DNA of 64,000 nucleotides, taken from Candidatus Elulimicrobium sp. (GTDB lineage Bacteria; Patescibacteriota; Minisyncoccia; Phycocordibacterales; UBA918). How positions within the stretch are numbered: the stretch's first letter is position 1; each line of letters opens with the position of its first letter. Below the pieces are notes generated by a model. That model had not been told where the DNA came from and did not search any database. It saw nothing but the letters and a program-made list of their open reading frames with translations. The DNA lies in assembly GCA_020720815.1 (NCBI GenBank), contig DYNY01000003.1:1002-65001 (forward strand), read 5' to 3'. This document shows, in pieces, positions 37,392-47,243 of this stretch. The position numbers and the translations under genes were made by a program.

Positions 37392-39194
37392 ATGTTTTAT
37401 TACTATGATTTCTTCGCACTATTATTTTTATTAATTATTCCAGTAGTATTGTGGATGATATTTGCCCCGATTTACTTAATTTATAAAACACGCCGGCTTG
37501 AGCGAGAGATAATTTCTTTACGTCAACATTTAGAAAATAACCCACCGGTACCAACTGAGTTAGGTAATGGGGAAGTATTTAATGAACCATTAAACAAGAC
37601 GAAACCGGTTTCGATGTATTCAGATTCTGGCCAGCTCATCCCTAAGCCTAGGGAATTAACCCCAATTCCAGCACCGGAGCCAGAATCAGAATTTTGGCTT
37701 TGGCTAAAACAAGATTTTTTGGTCAAGATTGGAGCCTTCCTACTTATTTTAGCTTTCGCTTGGTTTGTCACTTATGCTTTTGCCAATAATTGGATTGGTC
37801 CGGTTGGACGAATTACTCTGGGAATAATCTTTGGTACAGCGGTGCTTGTATTTGGCACCCAAAGAATGATGAAGAGTCTCAGTCAGGGTTCAATTTTTAG
37901 TATTGTTGGCTCACTTATTATTATAATAACTATTTCCGCCGGTCAGTTTGTTTATGAAATGTTTCCACCACAGGTGGCTCTAGGGCTAATCTTTTTGGTA
38001 TCTGTTTACGTGGCGTTTGTAAGTCTAAGCTATGAACGTAATCAGTTAGCTTATGCCAGCTTGATATCAGCTCTAATGGCACCGTTTCTAATTAACAGCA
38101 ACACCGGTGATTCATTGTCACTGATGTTTTATTTACTACTAATAATAATTGGTACTCTTTGGGTAGTGTGGCGTCTGCGTGCAGAAAAAATCACCCTAGT
38201 CGCCCTTCTAGGTGTAATAGTTTATACCGAAGTGGCTTATAGTCTGGATACCGGGGTAGCTCTATTATTTTCTTTTGTCTTTACCGGTATCTTTTTTGTG
38301 ACCAACATTATTTCGCTGATTCGTCGTTATACAAAATGGGTATCACCGGTTCACGTTATGACAGCCCTTCTGACTGGTGTCTATCTTATTAGCTCAATAA
38401 TTGGCGCATCGCCAGAAGAGTGGCGGAGTACCTACTTACTCTTTTGGGCTTTGGTATTTGCTTATGGCTCATTTCAGGTCTTTATACGTACTCTAAATCG
38501 AACCCCTTTCTATATTTATACCTCGGTTAGTCTGATTATGATGGGTACCGCCACGGTAATTGAACTTTCTGGCCCATGGCTCACCATTGTCCTTACTCTA
38601 GAAGTACTAGCAACTGTTATCTTGCTCAAGCAACTGACTAAAGATAAGAGAGCATCTAATTTGTCCTTGGCACTATTTGTCGTTCCTGGTTTATATACGT
38701 TTGGACATATTAGTACTTATGCTTGGCAGAGTGGTATACCAAATGGGGATTTGTTAGCGCTACTCATTTTTACTGGATCTATCATATTGGCTGGTTTGGT
38801 GAAGAGTGGTTTGTTGCCGGAAACAAACGCTAGTGAAAGCTTAGCTCAAAACGATGGTCAAGTGCTCTTTACGATAGCCGGTATTTATATAGGCATCATC
38901 ATCTGGCTTATCCTGCACGCTTTGTTTACCAATATGGTAGGAACAATGTTAGCGATGATTATTTACAGTATCATCGGCCTTGTTCTTTATATTAAAGGTA
39001 AGTTTGAAAATAACAAAACGATTAAAACTATCGGTATCGTAATCTTATCGTTTGTGGTTATTAGACTAATTTTGGTTGATGTTTGGGCTATGGAAACAGC
39101 CGGCCGCATAATTACCTTCCTAATTATCGGGTTATTATTTATGTCGACTGCCTTTCTACCTAGACTTAAAAAAAATTATCATCAGCCAAACTAA
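37392..39194 (+). CDS. DUF2339-like polytopic membrane protein
   Basis: KIGAFLLIL..W...YA..N.WIGP.GRI; terminal RII.FL.IGLL. Confidence 0.8.
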   Translation: MFYYYDFFALLFLLIIPVVLWMIFAPIYLIYKTRRLEREIISLRQHLENNPPVPTELGNGEVFNEPLNKTKPVSMYSDSGQLIPKPRELTPIPAPEPESEFWLWLKQDFLVKIGAFLLILAFAWFVTYAFANNWIGPVGRITLGIIFGTAVLVFGTQRMMKSLSQGSIFSIVGSLIIIITISAGQFVYEMFPPQVALGLIFLVSVYVAFVSLSYERNQLAYASLISALMAPFLINSNTGDSLSLMFYLLLIIIGTLWVVWRLRAEKITLVALLGVIVYTEVAYSLDTGVALLFSFVFTGIFFVTNIISLIRRYTKWVSPVHVMTALLTGVYLISSIIGASPEEWRSTYLLFWALVFAYGSFQVFIRTLNRTPFYIYTSVSLIMMGTATVIELSGPWLTIVLTLEVLATVILLKQLTKDKRASNLSLALFVVPGLYTFGHISTYAWQSGIPNGDLLALLIFTGSIILAGLVKSGLLPETNASESLAQNDGQVLFTIAGIYIGIIIWLILHALFTNMVGTMLAMIIYSIIGLVLYIKGKFENNKTIKTIGIVILSFVVIRLILVDVWAMETAGRIITFLIIGLLFMSTAFLPRLKKNYHQPN

Positions 39195-39203
39195 ACAATC
39201 ACT

Positions 39204-40385
39204 ATGACTAAAAATTATATTTTTCGCGCCGCACTATTTTTGGCGATGATAATAGTGGCGCCACTCTTAAGTTATGGTAATGAGGATCCGCGGAATAATT
39301 ATAAAAGTGTAATAGACGTAGTACCGGCTATTTCTACCTTACCGACTGTGGTAGAGGTACCGTTACCAGTAGATGCTGATTATGTACTCGTACAAGAAAT
39401 TACCACTGGAGATTATTTGTCATCGATTATCGGTAGGCGTCAGGTTACTTCGGCCGCAACCTATCAAGCTGATTTACAGACCAGTACTGATGGTGTAAGG
39501 GGAAGTTTAAGTAGTCTACTTGATAAAAATTGGGACACTCAAATAGATTTATTGGTTGAGGGGCAAAATAGAGAAGCCACTACCAATATTAATTTCAACG
39601 CTAGTTTTAGTGAAGTTGTCTCAGAACTACAGATTGACTATGCCTCAAATTCCGCTTTACCTTCGACGGTTGCACTTTTTAGCCTTGTAAATGGACGAGA
39701 GGAGTTGGTGGTAAAGAAGTCTGGTTATGAGTCGATGAGAATGGTTTTTCCTGAACGCTACGGCCAATCTTGGCGAGTAGTATTTACTTATGAAGAGCCG
39801 GTGAGAATTTCTGGTATAAAGTTTGGACCTGAAAAAACTTCCAGTGTGGTTAATTCCGTTCGTTTATTAGCTCAACCAGAACAAAAATATACGATTTACT
39901 TATATCCAGAAAATTTTGTTAGTGTAACACTGCGGGATAGTGGGGTTATGTACGGTGTGGAAGCCATAGCTCCACACTATTCAAGTGCTGTAAAAAACAA
40001 TCCGCTATTTGTTGAATCTGATCGTGACAAGGATACTATTCCCGATGTTAGAGATAATTGCCCAGCTGATTATAACCCCGACCAATTAAGTAGCCGTGGT
40101 GGTATATGGGGTGATGTCTGTGATGATTTTGATAATGATAGTATCCTTAACCCAAAAGATAATTGTCCCTATCTTCCCAATTATAATCAACGTGATACCG
40201 ACAGTGATGGTATTGGAGATGAATGTGATGAAGGGGAGAGCCGATTGACTGAACAGTATCCATGGTTGCCTTGGCTTGGTATAGGTGTCACTTTACTGGT
40301 TATCCTGATGCTATTTATCTTCGTCGCTAGACGTCCACTACCTGTACCAGAAGGAGAAAATGAAAATAGTAATTCGACTGAATAA
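39204..40385 (+). CDS. Exported protein with thrombospondin type 3 repeats and C-terminal TM anchor
   Basis: DRDKDTIPDVRDNCP..YNPDQ and DNCP..PN.NQRDTDSDGIGDECD. Confidence 0.85.
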   Translation: MTKNYIFRAALFLAMIIVAPLLSYGNEDPRNNYKSVIDVVPAISTLPTVVEVPLPVDADYVLVQEITTGDYLSSIIGRRQVTSAATYQADLQTSTDGVRGSLSSLLDKNWDTQIDLLVEGQNREATTNINFNASFSEVVSELQIDYASNSALPSTVALFSLVNGREELVVKKSGYESMRMVFPERYGQSWRVVFTYEEPVRISGIKFGPEKTSSVVNSVRLLAQPEQKYTIYLYPENFVSVTLRDSGVMYGVEAIAPHYSSAVKNNPLFVESDRDKDTIPDVRDNCPADYNPDQLSSRGGIWGDVCDDFDNDSILNPKDNCPYLPNYNQRDTDSDGIGDECDEGESRLTEQYPWLPWLGIGVTLLVILMLFIFVARRPLPVPEGENENSNSTE

Positions 40386-40492
40386 TTAAATTTCACTAAA
40401 GTGAAAGAAAAAGCCACACCTTTAAAGGGTGTGGCAGGGTTCGTGCGACCAATCCGGTAAACAGCCATCAGTAATTCATGAGGTTCGTCCGG

Positions 40493-40825
40493 CTAAATGC
40501 TGTTTTGCCGGTGTTCGTCCTCATCTAGCACTGGAATTTTATCCAGGTCCCCAAAAGTCTTCTTGGACCAGGGTCGTGCCTTTTGACGCAGGAATCGCTT
40601 GACGCTGTCCTTGCCGGCAAAGCCAAAGAAATAGGACGTTGCTACGGTCAGACTGGCCATTAACCAGTGATCGTATAGGGTCAAATAATTGATAAAACCG
40701 AGAGCCGAAAGGATGAACAGGGAACCTGAGAGCTGGATATTTCTTTCCTTGTTGCTCACCATCAAACGACCTGTGGCGAAAGTCAAGAAACATAGTGCAA
40801 TTAAGTAAAGAACTTCTTTATCCAT
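40493..40825 (-). CDS. Orphan small membrane protein
   Basis: GGAGG SD; three hydrophobic segments. Confidence 0.6.
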   Translation of the reverse strand: MDKEVLYLIALCFLTFATGRLMVSNKERNIQLSGSLFILSALGFINYLTLYDHWLMASLTVATSYFFGFAGKDSVKRFLRQKARPWSKKTFGDLDKIPVLDEDEHRQNSI

Positions 40826-40877
40826 TTCCCCTCCAGGGAAGTTATGAGCAACTTACATTATAGCACAAAATCAGTAT

Positions 40878-41828
40878 TTAATCAAATATTTTAACTAAAT
40901 AAGCATCTAGTTCGCGTTGATCTAAGTCGTAAAAAGTTTTATCACTATTATATAAGTCATTAGCTAAATCTCGCCCAACAAACCGCCAGTGCCAAGGTTC
41001 AAAGATATAAAACTGGTTACCTTCTGGATAAGAGAGAATAAAGCCATATTTATGAGCGTTCTTTTGAAGCCATGCGTAAGCTTCGGTGGTAGCAAAACTA
41101 GTATTTGTGCCACCAGTTAAGATGTCAGTGATATCTACCGTGGTCCCGAGTTGGTGCTCAGAGTAGCCCTGGTCGGCTGAAAAGGCATTGGAACCACTGC
41201 CATAAACTAGGGTGTGTTGGCTTTTAATTGCAATCTGTTCTTCAAACGAACGAAATGCCGAAATAACTCTAATATCATGACCAGCTTTTTTAGCATCATC
41301 AAGCATGTCTTCAAGGAATTCGATAGCATCGCCATGGAAATACATTTCCTTTCCTGACGACATGTGATATTTTTCAGGAATCAAGGAAAGTTTAAGTGGT
41401 ATGAAGTTCTCATTGAGGAAATAAGTACGGGAATACTTCTGGAGAAGTTCTTTGTCAGTCTTGGATAGTTTATCGAGGACGCCGACTGTGCCGGCAATTT
41501 CCTTAATTTGATCTTCAAACTCATCATTTTTATTTTTCTCCCGCTTGAGGTCGCGCTCGATGTCATCTAACTCCTCATTTGATAGGGAAAGTCTATTGGC
41601 TAGGTCTTGAATAGTTGAGCTAGCCAGCTCTCTTTCCTCGGCTAAAAGCTTGGTTGTGGAAGCCTTTTCTAGGAGAAAATAATCATGCTCTAGGAGAAGT
41701 GTAGTGATTTTTTCTTGATGGCTTTGATTTTGTTGATAAAGGTAAATAGCAACGACACTTAATCCAATTAAGGAGATAAAGATAGTAGCTCGAAAGATAA
41801 CAGTTTTTGTAGAAGGTGTATTGTTCAC
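40878..41828 (-). CDS. M15B (VanY-like) D-Ala-D-Ala carboxypeptidase with TM anchor and coiled coil
   Basis: SAFRS, SA..GYSEHQLG..VD, EPWHWRFVG. Confidence 0.9.
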   Translation of the reverse strand: MNNTPSTKTVIFRATIFISLIGLSVVAIYLYQQNQSHQEKITTLLLEHDYFLLEKASTTKLLAEERELASSTIQDLANRLSLSNEELDDIERDLKREKNKNDEFEDQIKEIAGTVGVLDKLSKTDKELLQKYSRTYFLNENFIPLKLSLIPEKYHMSSGKEMYFHGDAIEFLEDMLDDAKKAGHDIRVISAFRSFEEQIAIKSQHTLVYGSGSNAFSADQGYSEHQLGTTVDITDILTGGTNTSFATTEAYAWLQKNAHKYGFILSYPEGNQFYIFEPWHWRFVGRDLANDLYNSDKTFYDLDQRELDAYLVKIFD

Positions 41829-41914
41829 CGGTCTATTCTAGCATGCTTAGGCCTCTTGAATAGGCTTTATTTTCATGGTAGGGTTATGCCGTTATTAAGT
41901 TAAGTTCTGGACAC

Positions 41915-42463
41915 ATGTCAGAAACACAAATGCCAGCAGTCGAAGCGACTAATAGTGCGGAGCAAGAGTTCCAAAGCTATGAGTTCGCTTTCCACATTCT
42001 TCCAACGATTGCTGAAGGGGAAGTCGGAGGAGTCTTTGATTTACTCAAAGCTCGCATTACTAAGGCCGGAGGCGTAATCACCGGTGAAGAAGTACCACAA
42101 CGGTTCGATTTGGCATACGAGATAGTAAAATATCTTGAAGGTAAGAATCGAAAGTTTAGCAGTGCTTACTTTGGTTGGGTACGTTTTAAGCTTGATTCCG
42201 CATCATTGACTGCCCTAACTGAAGAAATTGACTCTATTAAAGAATTACTTCGTTATCTACTCATTAAGCTCACTCGAGTTGAAGAAGAGCATGAGTTTAG
42301 CTTCCATGATTCAATAATAAACAAGAAAATTTACACCATAGCTGACGATGAAATCATAGCTGAGGAAGAGGTGATTGAAGATGTAGTAGGCGAGGAGGCG
42401 GTAGTTGTGGTTGCCGATATTGTAGAATCTACTGATAGCGAAGAGACAAAGGAGGCGGTATAA
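41915..42463 (+). CDS. rpsF: 30S ribosomal protein S6 with acidic tail
   Basis: YEFAFHILP, LAYEI, LLRYLLIK; rpsF-ssb-rpsR order. Confidence 0.9.
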   Translation: MSETQMPAVEATNSAEQEFQSYEFAFHILPTIAEGEVGGVFDLLKARITKAGGVITGEEVPQRFDLAYEIVKYLEGKNRKFSSAYFGWVRFKLDSASLTALTEEIDSIKELLRYLLIKLTRVEEEHEFSFHDSIINKKIYTIADDEIIAEEEVIEDVVGEEAVVVVADIVESTDSEETKEAV

Positions 42464-42493
42464 TTGAGTTCTATTTAAGTAACCACAATACCT

Positions 42494-42946
42494 ATGTATC
42501 TCAACAAAGCAATGATCTATGGAAACCTTACCCGTGACCCAGAGATGAAGGCATTGCCAAGTGGCATGCAAGTTTGTTCATTTTCTCTAGCTACTAACCG
42601 TATTTACAACGATCGTGATGGCAAGCGACAAGAGTCGGTTGACTATCACAACGTAGCTGTCTTTGGTAAGCAGGCCGAAAATTGCGCTAAGTACCTGACC
42701 AAAGGTAGCCCTACCTACGTTGAGGGAAGAATGCAGACTCGTAGTTGGGAGAAAGATGGTGTAAAACAGTACCGTACCGAAATTATTGCCGATCGAGTAC
42801 AATTTGGTCCTAAAGGAGGTAGTACTACTGTAGTACCACAACCGGGAGGAGACGGAGGTAAGTCTAGTAGTGGGAACGATAATCGTGAGTCAGCTTTACC
42901 TGATTATCCTGAGGAGGAGATTAATCCTGAGGATATTCCTTTTTAA
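42494..42946 (+). CDS. ssb: Single-stranded DNA-binding protein
   Basis: NKAMIYGNLTRDPE...EDIPF. Confidence 0.97.
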   Translation: MYLNKAMIYGNLTRDPEMKALPSGMQVCSFSLATNRIYNDRDGKRQESVDYHNVAVFGKQAENCAKYLTKGSPTYVEGRMQTRSWEKDGVKQYRTEIIADRVQFGPKGGSTTVVPQPGGDGGKSSSGNDNRESALPDYPEEEINPEDIPF

Positions 42947-42954
42947 AAGCTTTG

Positions 42955-43055
42955 TTATCTTAGTTACGTCGTTGCCCGATGGCGAAAATAAGTTTCACCG
43001 TAGTCTAGTATGACTCAACTTATTTTCCTGGGGTGCCTCGTATCTAAGCGACAAA
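42955..43055. repeat. Imperfect palindromic element between ssb and rpsR
   Basis: cttag..acgtcg...gaaaataagtt...aacttattttc...ctaag. Confidence 0.45.
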
Positions 43056-43110
43056 TTACTTAAAACATTAAATTTGAAAAATTGGCTACTTTAATAGTTA
43101 AAAACACAAC

Positions 43111-43317
43111 ATGGAACAACAACACAACCTACACAAGAAAGCCGCTCTAGAACATATTGATTACAAAGATATTACTCGTCTTAGTGCTCATGTAAATCCA
43201 CACGCACGTATGATGAGTCGCCGCCGCACTGGTTTTTCTGCCAAGGCTCAGCGAGATTTTGCCCGCTCAATCAAACGTGCCCGGTTTATGGCTTTGATGC
43301 CGTACATTCAGCACTAG
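43111..43317 (+). CDS. rpsR: 30S ribosomal protein S18
   Basis: IDYKD, RRRTG.SAKAQR...IKRARFMALMPY. Confidence 0.95.
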   Translation: MEQQHNLHKKAALEHIDYKDITRLSAHVNPHARMMSRRRTGFSAKAQRDFARSIKRARFMALMPYIQH

Positions 43318-43435
43318 ACACTGCTGGATTCAAACAAAAGCACCGAGGGACTTCATCTCTCGGGGCTTTTGTTTTATACAATTTCCAGTTATAATAAAAT
43401 AGGTTTATGGTCTTTCAACTGAGGAGGTATTTCTC

Positions 43436-43654
43436 ATGGATGATCTTTTTTGGTCTAACCTGATTTTGTTTGCTGTCTGGGCGGCTTTCTTCATTGCTCT
43501 GGTCTTTTTTTTGTGGGCAGAATATGGGGCAGAATCTCTACCACCCAATGCGGCAGAGTTGGCAGAGGATTGTCTTCGGTCCGAAGGTGTTGGCCAGTAC
43601 TTTTGGGCGAAACGGTGGAAGGCTCTACAAGATACAGGCCAATGGGGTCGGTGA
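43436..43654 (+). CDS. Orphan small single-TM protein
   Basis: GAGGAGG SD; TM helix. Confidence 0.55.
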   Translation: MDDLFWSNLILFAVWAAFFIALVFFLWAEYGAESLPPNAAELAEDCLRSEGVGQYFWAKRWKALQDTGQWGR

Positions 43655-43743
43655 GATAAATTCTTTAAAGAAAGGAAGAGATGCTATCATTCTTATCAAG
43701 AAAAAAGCCACAGCACGAGTGCTGTGGCTTCTCTCGTCTCCTC

Positions 43744-44319
43744 TTAGGCCTTTTCTACTCGTTCTGAATAGTCACCACTTTCAGTATTGATAGCGATAAC
43801 ATCTCCCTGATTAATAAACATTGGCACCATTACCTTAGCCCCAGTTTCCAGAACTGCTTCCTTTAGGGCACCAGAGGAAGTGTTACCCTTGACCGCGTCT
43901 ACTGTTTCGGTCACCTTAAGCTCAATTTTGACTGGTACAGTAACACCAATAACTTCTTCATCATAGATTAAGGCTTTCAGCTCTGAGCGCTCCTTAATAA
44001 ACTTGCCTTGATCACCAATTAAGTCTTCCGCTAAAGTAAAGCGCTCGCCTGGTTTACCAGAAATATGGAACCAATACTCGGACCCTTTGCGGTAAATAAA
44101 GATAATGTTCTGATTTTCTAGGTCAGCTTCTTCAGCTACTTCATTTACATGGAAGGTATTTTCAATCACACGCCCTGATTTTAGGTTCTTTAGCTTAGTA
44201 ATATTTACCGGTTTACGTTGTTGTTTACGAAACACGTGATAAGACAATACCAAATAAGGTTCGTCATTAAAAATGATGACTTTTTTCGGAGTTATTTCGT
44301 TATAAGAGAGGACTGCCAT
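43744..44319 (-). CDS. efp: Elongation factor P (atypical loop)
   Basis: KLKNLKSG, KGNT..G..K.A.LETG..V.VP.FI..GD.I.INT..G.Y.ER. Confidence 0.93.
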   Translation of the reverse strand: MAVLSYNEITPKKVIIFNDEPYLVLSYHVFRKQQRKPVNITKLKNLKSGRVIENTFHVNEVAEEADLENQNIIFIYRKGSEYWFHISGKPGERFTLAEDLIGDQGKFIKERSELKALIYDEEVIGVTVPVKIELKVTETVDAVKGNTSSGALKEAVLETGAKVMVPMFINQGDVIAINTESGDYSERVEKA

Positions 44320-44627
44320 TAAATGAATAGACGAGCGTAGCGACTACTATGAATTTAAGTATAAATAAGGAGTACGAAGTACGACTATATTTTACTTATG
44401 CAGGCGCTTAGTTGAGCCGCGACCCCAAAAGGAGCGGTCAACTGTAGCGCGTTTCTAGGCCCAGCAAATTGCTTGCCCAAGGCAAATCGCTGGAACCACG
44501 ACTCTAAGTGTCATTAACGCTCTGTTAAAAATGAATAATACGCCCACAGTTATACCAAACCCGCACATTAAAAGCAAAGCGTGTATAGTCAGATTTGTAA
44601 AAATTCAATGTTATTATATAAACACAT

Positions 44628-45218
44628 ATGGAAAAACTGACGACCACTGAAGGCACCATTGCGCTCAGAGATGAAGACCTGTTGCGTCGCTCAACGAATG
44701 AGCCATGGCTTTTTTCTTTTCTGGTTGGTCGTTATGAAGCCCCTTTTCTACGCAAGGTTAGAGCGATTTTGCGCGATCCTCGTGATTGTGAGGAGGTAGT
44801 ATTAGATGCTTTTACTAAGATTTACATACACGCTGATTCATTTACACCTCAAAGTGGGGCCCAGTTTTCATCTTGGGCTTATCGTATCCTGCTCAACACT
44901 GCTTTTACCAGGTACCAGAAGCTAGTTAAGGAAGGACAGCGGTTTATTGTCTTTGACCCGGAATTTGAACAGTTAGTCGGTGAGCGGGCTGGGCATACTG
45001 GCTTTGAGGAAAAAAGAGACGGTATTGAACGTGTCTTAGCTAGGTTGCCGGGACACTTTGCTAGTGTGCTTAGGCTGCATTATTTGGAACGATGGTCACA
45101 TGAAGATATCGCAAAAGCTACTGATGAAAATGTCGGCACCATCAAGGCTCGCATCCATAGGGCCAAGGCGGCTTTTAGGCAGGAGAGTAAGGATGGGGAG
45201 GTTGAAGCTTTATTGTAA
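44628..45218 (+). CDS. ECF RNA polymerase sigma factor
   Basis: EEVVLDAF.K, FSSWAYRI..N, region 4 S.EDIA......GTIKARIHRAK. Confidence 0.9.
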   Translation: MEKLTTTEGTIALRDEDLLRRSTNEPWLFSFLVGRYEAPFLRKVRAILRDPRDCEEVVLDAFTKIYIHADSFTPQSGAQFSSWAYRILLNTAFTRYQKLVKEGQRFIVFDPEFEQLVGERAGHTGFEEKRDGIERVLARLPGHFASVLRLHYLERWSHEDIAKATDENVGTIKARIHRAKAAFRQESKDGEVEALL

Positions 45219-45264
45219 CCAGATGAGAGATTAAGTAGTTATATCTATTACATTACAAATACTT

Positions 45265-45618
45265 ATGAAAAACTTTTTATTACCACAAAATAGCTTGCAA
45301 AGACGCATTATGCGTCGGGTTTGGTATAGCTATAGTCTAAGTATTTTAGTCAGTAATGCTATGGCTAGGGGCTTTATTCTTGGTTTCAGTGCGGTACTTT
45401 TTCTAGAATTAGTTTCGGTACCGAGTGTCTTAGCCAACTTACTATCCGTTGAGGTGAAGGCTGTTCCGGAGTATGTTTGGCAGTCGGTATTGCAATCTAT
45501 AGTAACCGGCGAGGTTTTGCAACTCATTATGTTGGGTATCATGTTTCTCTCTCTCTTATCTTTTCGTTTTAACTTACGGTCAACTTTGCCAAAGGGGCAA
45601 GCGATGCAACACGTTTAA
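45265..45618 (+). CDS. Membrane protein downstream of ECF sigma
   Basis: Hydrophobic segments; adjacent to ECF gene. Confidence 0.65.
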   Translation: MKNFLLPQNSLQRRIMRRVWYSYSLSILVSNAMARGFILGFSAVLFLELVSVPSVLANLLSVEVKAVPEYVWQSVLQSIVTGEVLQLIMLGIMFLSLLSFRFNLRSTLPKGQAMQHV

Positions 45619-45695
45619 TTGGGTGACGATGAAAAAGCCAGTGGAAAGCTTTGCTTTCCACTGGCTTTTTCTAATTTACTAGTTACCTCTAAACT

Positions 45696-46841
45696 TTATT
45701 CCGGTTGAGCTTCTTCAGTTGCTTCTGGACCACTACTACTTTCTACGCCACTATGTCGGGCACTATTTCCTGCTACCTCATCTTTCAGTGCCCTACGAAT
45801 ATGTCCCAAAAGTACTTTCTCTACTTTAGGATTCTCGCGTAGGAAAGTGCGGGCTGCATCATAACCTCGTCCAAGCTTCACTTCAGTACTCTCATCGCCA
45901 CCTGGTGGAAGGAAAGTGTATGAAGCGCCTGACTTACGAACCAGCTTATATTTCTCACCAAGGGCTAGAAGTTCACCTTGTGTACTGATACCCTCACCGT
46001 AGATAAGGTCAAATTCAGTGGTACGGAAAGGAGAGGCGACTTTGTTTTTCACTACCTTTACTCGGTGTCGTCCACCCACCACTTCTTCACCTTTCTTGAT
46101 TTGGGCGATGCGGCGGATATCGAGACGCACTGAAGTATAAAACTTAAGTGCCTTACCGCCTGGGGTAGTTTCTGGATTACCAAACATCACTCCGACCTGC
46201 ATACGGATCTGGTTAATAAAGATAACTACCGTTTTGCTCTTGGCGACGATACCAGTTAGCTTACGCAAAGCCTGACTCATGAGACGAGCTTGTTTGCCAA
46301 CGTGATGTGCTCCCATTTCACCCTCGATTTCATCACGTGGTGTAAGGGCAGCCACGGAGTCGATAACGATGATATCAATTTTTCCGGATCGAACTAGTGA
46401 CTCAACGATTTCCAAAGCCTGCTCACCATTATCAGGTTGAGAAATAAGTAACTGATCAAGTTTGACACCGATGTTGCGAGCGTATTCAGGGTCCATGGCG
46501 TGTTCTGCATCAATAAAAGCACAAATACCGCCAAGCTTTTGTGCTTCTGCTACTGCATGTAGTGCTAGCGTAGTTTTACCGGATGATTCTGGTCCAAATA
46601 TTTCCAATATACGACCACGTGGGTAGCCACCTATACCGAGAGCATCATCTAGTCCGATTGAGCCACTTGGAACGGCGTCCACATCAACTCGTTTGCTCTC
46701 ATTAAGTGTCATTATTGAATCGTCACCAAATTTGGTTTTGATGGCTCGCAGGGTTTCCGCGATACTAGAAATATCACCACCTTTTTTGTCATTGGCTTCG
46801 CCTAGGGTCTTAGCCACCTTAGCTACTTTTTTCTTTACCAT
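45696..46841 (-). CDS. recA: Recombinase RecA
   Basis: [38 protein letters not shown]. Confidence 0.98.
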   Translation of the reverse strand: MVKKKVAKVAKTLGEANDKKGGDISSIAETLRAIKTKFGDDSIMTLNESKRVDVDAVPSGSIGLDDALGIGGYPRGRILEIFGPESSGKTTLALHAVAEAQKLGGICAFIDAEHAMDPEYARNIGVKLDQLLISQPDNGEQALEIVESLVRSGKIDIIVIDSVAALTPRDEIEGEMGAHHVGKQARLMSQALRKLTGIVAKSKTVVIFINQIRMQVGVMFGNPETTPGGKALKFYTSVRLDIRRIAQIKKGEEVVGGRHRVKVVKNKVASPFRTTEFDLIYGEGISTQGELLALGEKYKLVRKSGASYTFLPPGGDESTEVKLGRGYDAARTFLRENPKVEKVLLGHIRRALKDEVAGNSARHSGVESSSGPEATEEAQPE

Positions 46842-46850
46842 AGAGATTTA

Positions 46851-47237
46851 TTAGTTTTTAGTAAATGAGGCTGGAGTGTACACAAACGATCTTTCTATTC
46901 GTGTCTCTCGGCCGTACCTATCTTTTGCTCGCAGGGTAGCTACAGTATACCCGTTTTCCAAGACAAGTGCTTCTGTAAAATGCCCGGCTTCATTGGTATA
47001 AATTGGTCGCTCATTGAGCCAGAGGTGGGTAATATTGTAGGCGGTTCCACTGAGTTCTACTAGACGAGTATTATTGTGAATGAGTGGTTCATTTACAAGT
47101 ACTATTTGTGGTCCTGCAATCATAAATCTAGCCTGAAATAGCACATAAACACCAACCACCACTAATAAAATAATCAAACCAACAAAAATCAGAATTGATC
47201 GAAATTCAAAGCGGGGTAAAGAAGTACGAGGTATCAT
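46851..47237 (-). CDS. Small TM-anchored Ig-like protein
   Basis: TM plus G.F...L.L..GY....L.AKDRYG. Confidence 0.7.
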   Translation of the reverse strand: MIPRTSLPRFEFRSILIFVGLIILLVVVGVYVLFQARFMIAGPQIVLVNEPLIHNNTRLVELSGTAYNITHLWLNERPIYTNEAGHFTEALVLENGYTVATLRAKDRYGRETRIERSFVYTPASFTKN

Positions 47238-47243
47238 AGCTGG

